Shown: positions 1 through 9,338 of the stretch, piece after piece | Position numbering within the stretch: position 1 is the stretch's first letter | How the letters are laid out: every line of letters starts with the position of its first letter | Assembly: GCA_964396165.1 (NCBI GenBank) | Contig: CAYNEF010000018.1 | Location: forward strand, 436 to 64,435 | Origin: an uncultured Pseudobdellovibrionaceae bacterium | Lineage (GTDB): Bacteria > Bdellovibrionota > FAC87 > UBA2466 | DNA length: 64,000 bases | Direction: 5' to 3' | The notes under the pieces: model-generated | What the model was told of the DNA's origin: nothing | The model's input: the letters and a program-made list of their open reading frames with translations, nothing else | The model's database searches: none | Program-made: the position numbers and the translations under genes

Positions 1-551
1 AATACCTAATCTTTGGAGCACTTCTTGAATTAGCGGCAACTGGAATAGCTATAGTTCTTTCGAAAGATTCTCAATTGTCTTGGGCTATTTCGTCTACATC
101 TTTCTTAACTTGGCTACTTTATTACGCCTGGTTTATATTCTTGATGAGCCTAAATTCTTTGAACGAAGAACTAATCTATCGCTCTTATCCAATAAGTTCG
201 TTGTGTAAAACTGGAATTAAACCTATTTATGCAATCCTTTTTAGCGCTACTCTGTTTTCACTTGTGCACTTCCTAGCAGAAGGGCCTTCTCTATCCAGTT
301 TTTTTTATCGACTGTCGTTTGGATTTTTAGTTGGAATCATCTATTTCAGAAAACAAAATATTTGGCCAGTGGTTGCTCTCCATACTGGATTGAATATTGT
401 TGCAAATGGATTCTCTGATTCTACTTGGATGACAGGTACTCTTATCACTACGACCAATGTTTCAAGCCAAGCAAGTCATTGGTCCAACTTCGTAGCTCTA
501 ACCGGTTGCTTTCTAGTCTATTGGTTAATACCCCCAAAAAGAACTTCATAA
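1..551 (+). CDS. CPBP family intramembrane metalloprotease (CAAX protease / Abi-like), 5'-partial. The reading frame is open to the window start.
   Basis: Conserved CPBP motifs are present in order: EELIYRSY (EExxxR), FSLVHF (FxxxH) and ALHTGLN (HxxxN). The protein has multiple hydrophobic segments. The listed ORF starts at a TTG at 75, but the frame has no stop back to position 3. Confidence 0.7.
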   Translation, partial: YLIFGALLELAATGIAIVLSKDSQLSWAISSTSFLTWLLYYAWFIFLMSLNSLNEELIYRSYPISSLCKTGIKPIYAILFSATLFSLVHFLAEGPSLSSFFYRLSFGFLVGIIYFRKQNIWPVVALHTGLNIVANGFSDSTWMTGTLITTTNVSSQASHWSNFVALTGCFLVYWLIPPKRTS

Positions 552-649
552 ACGCGCTCCCCTCTTACTATTGCTCTTTCCCCAATAGTCTCATAAGGAT
601 TCACTCAGTTAACAAACTCAGTTATCTATATATTATCTAGGTCTAATCT

Positions 650-934
650 ATGTTATACTTTAATTGGGATGAAGCGAAAAATAAGTCAAACAGGAAAAAG
701 CATGGGATTTGGTTCGAAGAGGCTGAGCAAGTATTTGATGATACTAGTGCCATCCTCTTTTTTGATGAGTTTCACTCAAGTAAGGAAGATCGTTTCATCC
801 TTCTCGGTATGAGCGCTTCATCTCGGCTTTTAGTAGTAATTTATTGTGAAAGGGAAAAAGGCACGGTGATCCGAATAATTTCAGCGCGGCCCGCAACTCC
901 CAAAGAGGTAAAACGTTATGAAAAAGGAATATAA
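650..934 (+). CDS. brnT: BrnT family toxin (DUF497 ribonuclease toxin)
   Basis: The N-terminus FNWDEAKNKSNRKKHGIWFEEAEQVFDD matches the BrnT/DUF497 signature (F-x-WD-x-K-x-x-N-x-x-KHG-x-x-F-x-EA). The protein is about 90 aa and overlaps the downstream small gene by 17 bp. Confidence 0.75.
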   Translation: MLYFNWDEAKNKSNRKKHGIWFEEAEQVFDDTSAILFFDEFHSSKEDRFILLGMSASSRLLVVIYCEREKGTVIRIISARPATPKEVKRYEKGI

Positions 935-1133
935 CTTCTCAAGAATGAAGGCAGTGAAGAACCCCTATGCTTCAAAGAAAAAGGCAGTAGGCATTAACCT
1001 GAGTTATGCGGTTATTGACTACTTCAAAAAGCTTTCGGAGGAGTCTGGTATTCCGTATCAAACTCTGATCGATCTTTACTTGTTGGATTGCGTGAAACAA
1101 AAGAGAAAACCTAAGTTTGATTGGGCAGCCTGA
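918..1133 (+). CDS. brnA: BrnA-type antitoxin (CopG/RHH-like)
   Basis: A 71 aa ORF is translationally coupled to brnT (overlap 918..934). It has a K-rich N-terminus and a C-terminal IPYQTLIDLYL segment typical of BrnA antitoxins. The order toxin-then-antitoxin is typical of BrnTA. Confidence 0.6.
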   Translation: MKKEYNFSRMKAVKNPYASKKKAVGINLSYAVIDYFKKLSEESGIPYQTLIDLYLLDCVKQKRKPKFDWAA

Positions 1134-1175
1134 CGCTTGCCAAGATACCGACTAGCCTATTAAATCTTTTAAGAA

Positions 1176-2795
1176 ATGAAAAATAACGATTCCTACGAAA
1201 AAGGGCACACCCATTCGCCGTTGCTTAACGGAACGATCGGCTTTCACTTGGGCGAAGTAGTACGCCAGTTTCCCGAAAGAGAAGCTCTAATAGTGCGAAA
1301 CCAAAATTACCGCGCCACCTACCAAGTGCTTTGGAATCTTGCAGAACAAGCCGCTCGCGGGTTGATGGGACTTGGCGTACAAAAAGGAGATCGCGTCGGC
1401 ATTTGGGCGCCTAACCGGTACGAGTGGGTCATCATTCAATTGGCCACGGCACGTATCGGTGCCATTCTTGTGAATATTAACCCTGCGTACCGCGCGTCCG
1501 AGTTGGAATATGTACTCAACCAATCGGGAACAAGTTGCTTACTTCTCGCAAAAAGTTTCAGGCAGAATGATTACGTGAGCCTTCTCGAAAGTGTGAAAGG
1601 CAGTTGCACTTCACTTACCACGACGATCATTTTAGACACTCAATGGTCAGCACTGATTAAAAGTGCCGATTCCGTGACTGTAAAGCAGCTGCAAGTAAGA
1701 GAGAACGAGCTCCATCCAGACGATGCGATCAATATTCAATACACTTCCGGTACTACTGGTTTTCCAAAAGGCGCCACACTCACTCACAAGAATATTCTCA
1801 ATAACGCTTGGTTTGTGGGAGAGCGCGTTCGCTATACCCCCGAAGATAAAATTTGCGTGCCGGTACCGTTCTACCATTGCTTCGGTATGGTACTCGCTAA
1901 TCTCGCGGGACTATTGCGGGGCGCTTGCCTTGTTGTCCCCGGAGATTCTTTCGATCCTTTAGAAGCTTTGAAGGCAGTAGCAACCGAGCGTTGCACTTCC
2001 CTCTATGGCGTACCCACAATGTTCATTGCCGAATTAGATCACCCTCGTTTTTCAGAATTCGACGTTTCTTCACTTCGCACCGGCATCTTAGCAGGAGCCC
2101 CATGCCCAAGAGACTTGATGGAGAAAGTGCGGAATCTTTTGAACATGAAAGAAGTCACGATTGGGTACGGAATGACGGAAACCTCCCCCATTTCTACGCA
2201 AACTTCTCCGTCCGACGACGTAGAGCTTCAAATTTCAACAGTCGGAACGGTCCACCCGCATGTCGAAGTAAAAATAATTTCTGAACAGGGCGAGACTATA
2301 CCGAGAGGCGAAGTAGGAGAATTGTGTACCCGCGGTTATAGCGTGATGAAAGGTTACTGGAATGATCCGGAAGGCACCGCAAAATCAATCGATAAGGAAG
2401 GCTGGATGCATTCGGGAGATTTGGCCTCCATGGACGATGCCGGGTATGTGAGAATTGAAGGCCGACTGAAAGATATGATCATCCGGGGCGGAGAAAATAT
2501 TTATCCTCGCGAGATAGAGGCATTTTTGCATACCTATCCGGGAGTAATCGAAGCCCAAGTTGTCGGTGTCCGTAGCCACTTGTATGGAGAGGAAGTGGTA
2601 GCGTGGATCCGAGTGGGGACAGGAGTAAAAATCACTTCGGAAGACCTACTTGCCTATTGTAAAGGCCGCATCGCCACCTACAAAATCCCCCGCTACTGGA
2701 AATTGGTAGAGAGTTTCCCCATGACCATCACCGGTAAAGTACAAAAATTTAAGCTACGAGAATTGGCTGAGAAAGAATTCTCGCAATTGGATTAA
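1176..2795 (+). CDS. AMP-dependent acyl-CoA synthetase/ligase (long-chain fatty acid--CoA ligase-like)
   Basis: The AMP-binding motif IQYTSGTTGFPKGATLTHKNI and the downstream YGMTE and GDLASMDDAGYVRIEGRLKD motifs are present. The length is 539 aa. Confidence 0.85.
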   Translation: MKNNDSYEKGHTHSPLLNGTIGFHLGEVVRQFPEREALIVRNQNYRATYQVLWNLAEQAARGLMGLGVQKGDRVGIWAPNRYEWVIIQLATARIGAILVNINPAYRASELEYVLNQSGTSCLLLAKSFRQNDYVSLLESVKGSCTSLTTTIILDTQWSALIKSADSVTVKQLQVRENELHPDDAINIQYTSGTTGFPKGATLTHKNILNNAWFVGERVRYTPEDKICVPVPFYHCFGMVLANLAGLLRGACLVVPGDSFDPLEALKAVATERCTSLYGVPTMFIAELDHPRFSEFDVSSLRTGILAGAPCPRDLMEKVRNLLNMKEVTIGYGMTETSPISTQTSPSDDVELQISTVGTVHPHVEVKIISEQGETIPRGEVGELCTRGYSVMKGYWNDPEGTAKSIDKEGWMHSGDLASMDDAGYVRIEGRLKDMIIRGGENIYPREIEAFLHTYPGVIEAQVVGVRSHLYGEEVVAWIRVGTGVKITSEDLLAYCKGRIATYKIPRYWKLVESFPMTITGKVQKFKLRELAEKEFSQLD

Positions 2796-2816
2796 GATGG
2801 TAGAATAACACTTCAA

Positions 2817-3038
2817 ATGCCTAATCATTCAAAACACCGATTACTTTTCACCTTTTTATTTACCGCATTGCTATTCTCTGCTCCACTTCAGGCTGGCAGA
2901 TGTGAAGCCATTGAAAAAAAAATTGCTGCGAATATGAAAGAGATGGAGAAAGAAGTAGCAGCTTTTCAAAAAATGGCTAAAGAGCATGCTGAAAACGTGC
3001 AACGTCTTTTAAATGCAGAAAAGAAAAACAAAAAGTAA
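2817..3038 (+). CDS. Small secreted hypothetical protein with a coiled-coil, K/E-rich C-terminus
   Basis: The N-terminal signal-like segment is LLFTFLFTALLFSAPLQA. The protein is 73 aa and has no recognisable family. Confidence 0.3.
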   Translation: MPNHSKHRLLFTFLFTALLFSAPLQAGRCEAIEKKIAANMKEMEKEVAAFQKMAKEHAENVQRLLNAEKKNKK

Positions 3039-3096
3039 CGTAGGTACAACATCATTTCTTTTGACTTGCCCGCTTCATCCACGCCACAATTGCGTT

Positions 3097-3501
3097 ATGA
3101 AAAAACATACGTTTGTTCCTTGTTTGCTTTCTTTTTTACTCTTCCAAAGTTGTGCGACAACGCCTCCCTTTGCTAATGCACAAAAATCCGCACAAGCTTG
3201 GGATGAAATCTATGAGTGTGTTCGTACAGCTCCCCCTGGAAAGAGTTGCGGCAGTGAATTCAAATCCCGTGTTTATACGGCAAAGATAAGCTCTATACAA
3301 AAAGACAACTCAGGAAAAACTCAAGTTGTGTCGCGTTTCGGTGCAGGAGATAAAGCATTTACCTGTGCACTTCCTACTGAAAACTCTGACCAGCTAACTG
3401 CGGGAGATCTCATTGAATTTGAAGGAACTATCACAGGCATCGGTGCTAAGCCCATGCAAAGATCTGTGGAGTTTGAAAATTGCAGCATCCGTAAACTGTA
3501 A
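3097..3501 (+). CDS. Hypothetical secreted protein or lipoprotein
   Basis: An internal ATG at 3097 gives MKKHTFVPCLLSFLLFQSC, a signal or lipobox-like N-terminus. The ORF-track N-terminal extension from 3013 overlaps the previous gene and lacks a signal context. Confidence 0.45.
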   Translation: MKKHTFVPCLLSFLLFQSCATTPPFANAQKSAQAWDEIYECVRTAPPGKSCGSEFKSRVYTAKISSIQKDNSGKTQVVSRFGAGDKAFTCALPTENSDQLTAGDLIEFEGTITGIGAKPMQRSVEFENCSIRKL

Positions 3502-3576
3502 TCCCTTAAAGTAAAGTTTCGCATTACCTATGCTATCGACTTGAATTGTTCCCTAACTTTTGCTGTATTATCTATT

Positions 3577-3900
3577 ATGAGCTTAGGAGATCTTCTAAAA
3601 AAAGCAGGGCTGAAAAGCACTGAGATGAAACGCAAAGAAGCGCACGGCACCAAAGACAAAGCCAAGGATGGGAGCAAAATACATGATCACCACCATCGCA
3701 CTGAATGTGAGGCTTGCCATCGACCTGCTCCTGACGTGGAACGTTATGAACACCGCAACCGTCTTCTGGATGTCCAGTGGCTGTGCATAGTCTGTGCGGA
3801 CGAATACAAAATCAGTGACGATTTCAGACGAACGGATCAAAGTGCGTCCTCCAAGCGCAATCTCTTTATTCGCAATTACGGCCATACCCGCAAACGCTAA
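3577..3900 (+). CDS. Small His-rich protein with two CxxC pairs (putative zinc ribbon), hypothetical
   Basis: The ORF contains CEAC and CIVC pairs spaced about 30 aa apart, plus an HDHHH run. The start is taken at the ATG at 3577 (MSLGDLLKK). The protein is basic. Confidence 0.35.
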   Translation: MSLGDLLKKAGLKSTEMKRKEAHGTKDKAKDGSKIHDHHHRTECEACHRPAPDVERYEHRNRLLDVQWLCIVCADEYKISDDFRRTDQSASSKRNLFIRNYGHTRKR

Positions 3901-3947
3901 AACGCATTAACCAACACCTTTGCCTTAAACCATGGTAGAAAATACTC

Positions 3948-4529
3948 TTGGAAAACATCACGCAAGGTTTACTTAAAAACGACTATCACATCACCCACTC
4001 TTTTATTACGCCTCAAGAAGTCTGCAAGTTCGCTGAAGAAATAGACAGCTTAAGCAACTCGGGCAAATTCAGTAAAGCGGGTACAGGTAATAATGAGCAC
4101 TTCTCCATCAGAAATGAAATTCGAAGTGACTCAGTTTGCTGGTTTGAACCTTTAGCACTGACAAGTTTACAACAAATGCTCTGGGACAAACTCGATACAC
4201 TTAAAAATCAATTAAACGAAAACTTGATGATGGGTCTTGTTAGTTTTAGCGGACACTATGCAAAATATGAATCAGGGGACAAGTACGAAAGACACATCGA
4301 TGCCTTTCAATCCGATTCAAAACGCATGCTTTCCGTAGTTCTCTACCTCAACCAAAATTGGGTAAAATCAGACGGGGGTTCGCTTCGACTATATTTATCA
4401 AACAAGCATTGTGATATTTCACCGACTGGTGGGACTCTTGTTTGTTTTTTAAGTAAAACGATGCAACACAAAGTAATGGTAAGTCACAACACTCGAAAAA
4501 GTTTTACTGGTTGGTTTAATTTGAGATAA
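3948..4529 (+). CDS. 2OG-Fe(II) oxygenase superfamily protein (prolyl-4-hydroxylase/PKHD-like)
   Basis: The HxD...H context (ERHIDAF) and the RMLSVVLYLNQNWVKSDGGSLRLY segment are typical of P4Hc/2OG-FeII oxygenases. A TTG start is assumed. Confidence 0.65.
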   Translation: MENITQGLLKNDYHITHSFITPQEVCKFAEEIDSLSNSGKFSKAGTGNNEHFSIRNEIRSDSVCWFEPLALTSLQQMLWDKLDTLKNQLNENLMMGLVSFSGHYAKYESGDKYERHIDAFQSDSKRMLSVVLYLNQNWVKSDGGSLRLYLSNKHCDISPTGGTLVCFLSKTMQHKVMVSHNTRKSFTGWFNLR

Positions 4530-4550
4530 AAAAAATAGTCCACCTGCTAA

Positions 4551-5333
4551 TTATCTTTCGAATAGGTACCATCGCGGTTTTACCTTTTTGCGGTAAGACA
4601 AGCCGAATTCTTTTATGCCGTACTCACGCACTAGCACTGCTACTTCTGTGGGGGAATCACTGATATGAATACTATCCCAATCGGATTGATCTATATTTTT
4701 TTCCGCTAAAACAGGTGCTTTTAAAAAAGCCATCAAATCCTTCCAGTAGTCTGATCCCATCAGGATAAGCGGAAAGTTTTTTGTCTTGCGAGTTTGAATC
4801 AGCGTAGCGATTTCGAAGAATTCATCCAATGTCCCAAATCCGCCCGGCATTGCAATAAAAGCATAAGAGTATTTTGCAAGCATCAACTTACGTACGAAGA
4901 AATAACGAAACTCCAACCAAACATCCAGATAGGAATTGCGGTATTGTTCTTTGGGCAGCTGAATATTACACCCAACAGATAGTCCCTTAGCTTCTTTAGC
5001 ACCACGGTTTGCGGCTTCCATTAAGCCTGGACCTCCTCCCGTGATAACAGTAAATCCTTCTTTTGCTAATGCCTGTCCCAGTTCTTTAGCTAAAGAATAA
5101 TAGCGGTGCCCATCAGGATACCTGGCAGATCCAAACACCGTGACACAAGGCCCGACAAAGTGAAGAGTTCGAAATCCACGCAAGCATTCAAAGAAAATTT
5201 TGATGGCGCGTAGGAATTCAAATGGTCGTGTTTGAGGACCTTGAAGAAATTTTTGTTCTTGAACAGCTTCAGAAACGGATTGAGACTTAGTTTTCATAAT
5301 ATGTTCTTCTTTTTTAAAGAAGAACTTTTTCAC
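4551..5333 (-). CDS. LOG family protein (TIGR00730; cytokinin riboside 5'-monophosphate phosphoribohydrolase-like)
   Basis: The motifs ITGGGPGLMEAANRGA and PGGFGTLDEFFE are present. The true start may be the internal MKTKSQ, about 12 codons downstream. Confidence 0.8.
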   Translation of the reverse strand: MKKFFFKKEEHIMKTKSQSVSEAVQEQKFLQGPQTRPFEFLRAIKIFFECLRGFRTLHFVGPCVTVFGSARYPDGHRYYSLAKELGQALAKEGFTVITGGGPGLMEAANRGAKEAKGLSVGCNIQLPKEQYRNSYLDVWLEFRYFFVRKLMLAKYSYAFIAMPGGFGTLDEFFEIATLIQTRKTKNFPLILMGSDYWKDLMAFLKAPVLAEKNIDQSDWDSIHISDSPTEVAVLVREYGIKEFGLSYRKKVKPRWYLFER

Positions 5334-5347
5334 ACAAAAGCTCTTAC

Positions 5348-5806
5348 TTAATTAGCCGCAATCTCTACTAAATCGGTCATTTTTTTTGTTTTTAATGCAA
5401 CTTTTAACCTGGTTGGCTTCAAGATCCGTCTAAGTAAATATAGCGCGTCCACAGTCGTGAAAATGCCTGTTACTTCGCCACCTTTCTCTTGAACGACAGT
5501 ACTGCCATATTTGTTTTTCATCATTTGTGTCAGTACTTTTTCCAGTGATGTATCTGGCCGCACCACGTACGGATCTGAATGCATTACGTCTTTTACCAAA
5601 AAATCAGCACCCCATTTTGAGAGAGCTGCTTCCTTTGCGTCGCGTTCGCTCAGAAGCCCCACTACACGTTTTCCCTCTACAACAGGTAAGTGACGTACTT
5701 TGGCTTTACTCATTACTCCAAGCGCCTTTGTAATCGGTATTTGTGCGTCAATCACCATTGGCACTGGAGTCATCACCTGAGAGATAATTTTTATTTTGAT
5801 TTTCAT
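5348..5806 (-). CDS. CBS domain-containing protein
   Basis: This 152 aa protein shows the tandem CBS pattern (VRHLPVVEGKRVVGLLSERD and GSTVVQEKGGEVTGIFTTVD). Confidence 0.7.
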   Translation of the reverse strand: MKIKIKIISQVMTPVPMVIDAQIPITKALGVMSKAKVRHLPVVEGKRVVGLLSERDAKEAALSKWGADFLVKDVMHSDPYVVRPDTSLEKVLTQMMKNKYGSTVVQEKGGEVTGIFTTVDALYLLRRILKPTRLKVALKTKKMTDLVEIAAN

Positions 5807-5826
5807 ACTCTTACTCTTTTCTAAAA

Positions 5827-6114
5827 TTACGATGGAAGAGACTGCTTGATTTGCTCGTATCCCTTTTTCACAGTCTTAAATAACTGCTTTGTTGCATCTT
5901 TGACATCTGAAGCAGATTTTTTAGTGGCGGACTTAGCAGGTTTATATTTACCTTTAAGTTTTCGCCAATCGCTCTCTAGCTTCTGCCACTCATCTTTCAT
6001 GTCTGTTTTGAATAAATGAGCCTGCACTTTTAATTCGTCGCGAAGTTGTTGAATACTCTGAATATCACTGGATGGGGGATTAATTTTCTTTGGCATACGT
6101 TTACTCCTATACAT
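5827..6114 (-). CDS. Hypothetical charged, coiled-coil-like small protein
   Basis: This 95 aa ORF is K/E/Q-rich and is in the same orientation as the CBS and LOG genes. Confidence 0.4.
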   Translation of the reverse strand: MYRSKRMPKKINPPSSDIQSIQQLRDELKVQAHLFKTDMKDEWQKLESDWRKLKGKYKPAKSATKKSASDVKDATKQLFKTVKKGYEQIKQSLPS

Positions 6115-6214
6115 CCTATCTATGCGAAAACGATGCCGAAGATTTTCTGCACGTATTTTTAAAAGGGAGATTAAGGGATGAGCAATAAAGTCCCAAACGC
6201 GACTAATTTGTGCA

Positions 6215-8707
6215 TTATGTTTTAGTCAAAGACGTTGCTTTAACGGAAAACAGCTTTCCAAAAATCCACGTCGGTACCATCCCTAATCCAAAGGAATATA
6301 AAATCTGCACAGGGGATAAAATATCAAAGCTAAGGACGTGTCTCAGTGCAGGAATGTAATATAAGAGTGGAATAGTCACAAAAACGAATAGTAGAACAAC
6401 TACTAAAGCCCAATTTATTTCCTTAAGCTGCGATTTAGGCACCGCAACCAGAATTAACCCAACGATATTTCCTAGTAGGATTAAAAAAGAGATACCTCTG
6501 ACAAAACCGGGCGCAAATCCTTGCAGGTTGGAATAGTAGATTACAGCTATACCTAAGATAAGAGGAACAAGGCCTCTAGCTGCTGAAACAAGAATGAATC
6601 GAGTTTGAAACAACACTTCATTTCTCTGCCTGGGTGGCCTGTTCATTATATCTCTATCCGCAGGAATTCCTTCCAGGGCCAAAGAACAAGAGGGATCAAT
6701 AAGCAACTCTAAAAGCACAAGATGTATGGGAGACAGTATCAACGGCCAACCTAGGAATGCGGGGATAAGGGTCATCCCTGCAATAGGAATGTGCAAGGCT
6801 AGTACATAGGCTGTTGCATTACGAATATTATCGTAAATGCGTCTACCTAAACGCACAGCATTTACAATGGATTGAAAATCATCCTGCATCAAAACTATAT
6901 CTGAGGCTTCTCTTGCTACATCTGTTCCCCTTTTTCCCATTGCAATTCCGATATCAGCATTTTTCAAACTGGGTGCATCGTTTACTCCGTCCCCGGTCAT
7001 AGCGACGACTTCGTTGGCATCCTTAAGAGCCTGAACAATGCGCAGTTTTTGATCGTGACTCATTCGTGCAAAAACTGAAATCTTGTGGATACGACTTTTA
7101 AGTGTATTCGCATCCATAGCTTGCAATTGCACGCCTGTGACGACTTCTCCCTCGGGCGGAAATCCTGCCTCTTCCGCAATTTTTTTTGCGGTTTCTGGAT
7201 AGTCGCCAGTCATCATTAAAACGCGTATTCCTGCCGTACGGCATTCTTTTAACGCAGAGGGAACTTCCTCCCTTAAGGGGTCTTCCAATCCCAAAATTCC
7301 TAACCAAGTAAAATCAAAGACATGAGAAGAAGAAGGGAGCTTATCCTTTTCCGGATACACAGCTTTAGCAACTGCCAGTACACGCAACCCACTGGAAGCA
7401 AGAGCACGCACTTGTTGTTCCAAAGCTTCCCGTTTTTCTGTCGATAAATGGCATAGATCGAATATAGCTTCGGGAGCACCTTTCGCAGCAATGACATGTT
7501 CTTGCGTTGCAGGATCATCCCAGACACAGCACATGGCCAAAAGTTCATTTGTGAGTGGGTATTCCTTTAACAAATTCCAAGTGGGGTGTCTGTGTTCCTG
7601 CTCAACAACTTTTTTATCCAAAGCTGCAAGAATGGCCTTTTCCATCGGATCAAATGGATCTCGATGACTGGAAAGAACAGCAAACTCAACAAGCGTGTGA
7701 AATTTTTCTGGAAGAGCTTCTAATTCCTTAAGATCAATTATTTCCTCTTCAACAATAAGCTTTCTAAGAGCCATTTCATTCTTTGTCAGTGTACCTGTCT
7801 TATCCACACACAGAACCGTTGTGGCCCCTAAGTTTTCAATCGCACCCACTCGTCTCGTTAAGACTTTTTCCTTTGAGATACGCCACGCGCCCATCGCGAA
7901 AAATAGAGTTAAAATGACTGGCAATTCTTCCGGTAGCATAGATAAGCTTGAGGCAAGCCCTGCCAGCAAAGAATCTCCCCAACTTCCCGATCGCATTTTG
8001 TAAGCAACAATTACTAAAACACAAAAAATAATACTAAAAACAAACAACACTTTCCCCAGGCCCAGAACTTCTGCCTGAAGTTTGGTCCCTTTATTGTCGG
8101 AAGAAGAAAGAGACTTTCCTATTTTTCCAATTTCTGTATGAAGTCCAGTCCCTGTCACTACTGCCATTCCTCGACCTTTGACAACGAGAGTTCCCGAAAA
8201 GAGCTGACCAGTATCGTCAACCAACTTCCGCACAGGCAAAGACTCTCCAGTTAAAAGAGATTCATCCACCATAAAATGAGAAGATTCGATAAGTTTTGCG
8301 TCAGCCGAAATTCGATCCCCCTCTGAGAGTACCATCAAATCCCCCGGCACTACCTCACGTCCAGATATTCGTATTTCCTTTCCTTCTCGGATGACAAGAA
8401 CACGAGGGGAAGCCATCTCTTTTAAAGACTGAAGAGCTCGCTCTGTTTTTGTATATTGGTAGAGATTGATGAGGATCATGAATAATGCGGAAAAACAAAG
8501 CAATAGACCTTCAACCAAATCCCCTAAAAAAAGATAAATAACAGCACAAGCAAGAAGAAAAAAGAGCATGGGTTCTCGCATAACATGCAAGATGTTATGA
8601 ATGAATGTATGGCGCCCTTCGGATGTGAGCTCGTTAGGACCGTGTAATTGGTAAAGTCGCAGCGCTTCGGTGGTGCCAAGCCCAACTCTGTCATATTCTG
8701 TCTTCAT
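6215..8707 (-). CDS. Cation-transporting P-type ATPase (P2-type, Ca2+/Mg2+-like)
   Basis: The phosphorylation motif CVDKTGTLT, the TGES-like actuator segment (LTGESLP) and the MTGDGVNDAPSL hinge are all present. The protein is 830 aa with about 10 transmembrane segments. Confidence 0.9.
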   Translation of the reverse strand: MKTEYDRVGLGTTEALRLYQLHGPNELTSEGRHTFIHNILHVMREPMLFFLLACAVIYLFLGDLVEGLLLCFSALFMILINLYQYTKTERALQSLKEMASPRVLVIREGKEIRISGREVVPGDLMVLSEGDRISADAKLIESSHFMVDESLLTGESLPVRKLVDDTGQLFSGTLVVKGRGMAVVTGTGLHTEIGKIGKSLSSSDNKGTKLQAEVLGLGKVLFVFSIIFCVLVIVAYKMRSGSWGDSLLAGLASSLSMLPEELPVILTLFFAMGAWRISKEKVLTRRVGAIENLGATTVLCVDKTGTLTKNEMALRKLIVEEEIIDLKELEALPEKFHTLVEFAVLSSHRDPFDPMEKAILAALDKKVVEQEHRHPTWNLLKEYPLTNELLAMCCVWDDPATQEHVIAAKGAPEAIFDLCHLSTEKREALEQQVRALASSGLRVLAVAKAVYPEKDKLPSSSHVFDFTWLGILGLEDPLREEVPSALKECRTAGIRVLMMTGDYPETAKKIAEEAGFPPEGEVVTGVQLQAMDANTLKSRIHKISVFARMSHDQKLRIVQALKDANEVVAMTGDGVNDAPSLKNADIGIAMGKRGTDVAREASDIVLMQDDFQSIVNAVRLGRRIYDNIRNATAYVLALHIPIAGMTLIPAFLGWPLILSPIHLVLLELLIDPSCSLALEGIPADRDIMNRPPRQRNEVLFQTRFILVSAARGLVPLILGIAVIYYSNLQGFAPGFVRGISFLILLGNIVGLILVAVPKSQLKEINWALVVVLLFVFVTIPLLYYIPALRHVLSFDILSPVQILYSFGLGMVPTWIFGKLFSVKATSLTKT

Positions 8708-9088
8708 ATCAGGATTCTTTCACATCCTTTGTTTAATAGAAATACTGAAAGAATTAGCTTAGTAAAGTAATCTTACACCTAATAGTACTATTTTTTCTGA
8801 TGCAACTAAGAGCAGGAGAAATATTCTAAACTGCTTTCCCTATTATTTTTTAAATAATTGAAACATTTTGTAACGGCATCATTGAATCAATATTAGACAA
8901 CAACACATAGTGTTCGGAACAAGCAGCATAACAAAGTTTTTACCCATTTCTCCGTCTGTTGTAGTCTGAAACACTCTAAGATCACTTCTCTCACATGCAG
9001 CTACGGCTCCATTTTGGTAAATATCCATATTTTGAACTGAATTAATACTGGTGCCAATCCGCTACTATTGGGAATAATATATTGAGCT

Positions 9089-9283
9089 ATGGATGATGAA
9101 GATTTTGAAGGAACTTTAGTCTTAGAAAAACTTGCTGAAATAGATAGAGTGGATGACTTTTATGAAGCCATTGATGCAGACGATTTTAAACAGGCAGCAA
9201 CCCTAATGAAAATGGCAAAGATCGATCTTGAGACCATCCAAACAGTGCTAGAAAAGATGAAGGCAGCAGATGGGGAACACTAA
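9089..9283 (+). CDS. Small acidic hypothetical protein
   Basis: This 64 aa D/E-rich ORF follows a roughly 380 bp AT-rich intergenic region. Confidence 0.3.
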   Translation: MDDEDFEGTLVLEKLAEIDRVDDFYEAIDADDFKQAATLMKMAKIDLETIQTVLEKMKAADGEH

Positions 9284-9338
9284 CAAATAGGTTATCCTAT
9301 TGTTTCCTGTTCCCCTCCACGAAATTTAAGTACGTTCT

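Noticed and set aside
1287-2579. Several 60 to 120 aa ORFs on both strands inside the acyl-CoA synthetase gene (for example 1287..1523 -, 1925..2284 +, 2385..2579 -).
   Set aside because: They lie wholly within a strongly supported 539 aa coding region. The R-rich and low-complexity translations are typical of alternate-frame shadows.
3013-3096. N-terminal extension of the 3013..3501 ORF (MQKRKTKSNVG...).
   Set aside because: It overlaps the preceding small gene. The internal ATG at 3097 gives a proper signal or lipobox N-terminus, so the start was moved to 3097.
8708-9088. A roughly 380 bp AT-rich intergenic region upstream of the P-type ATPase, examined for sRNA, riboswitch or repeat content.
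   Set aside because: No conserved riboswitch-like motif, hairpin series or repeats were recognisable by eye. It is most likely just divergent promoter DNA.
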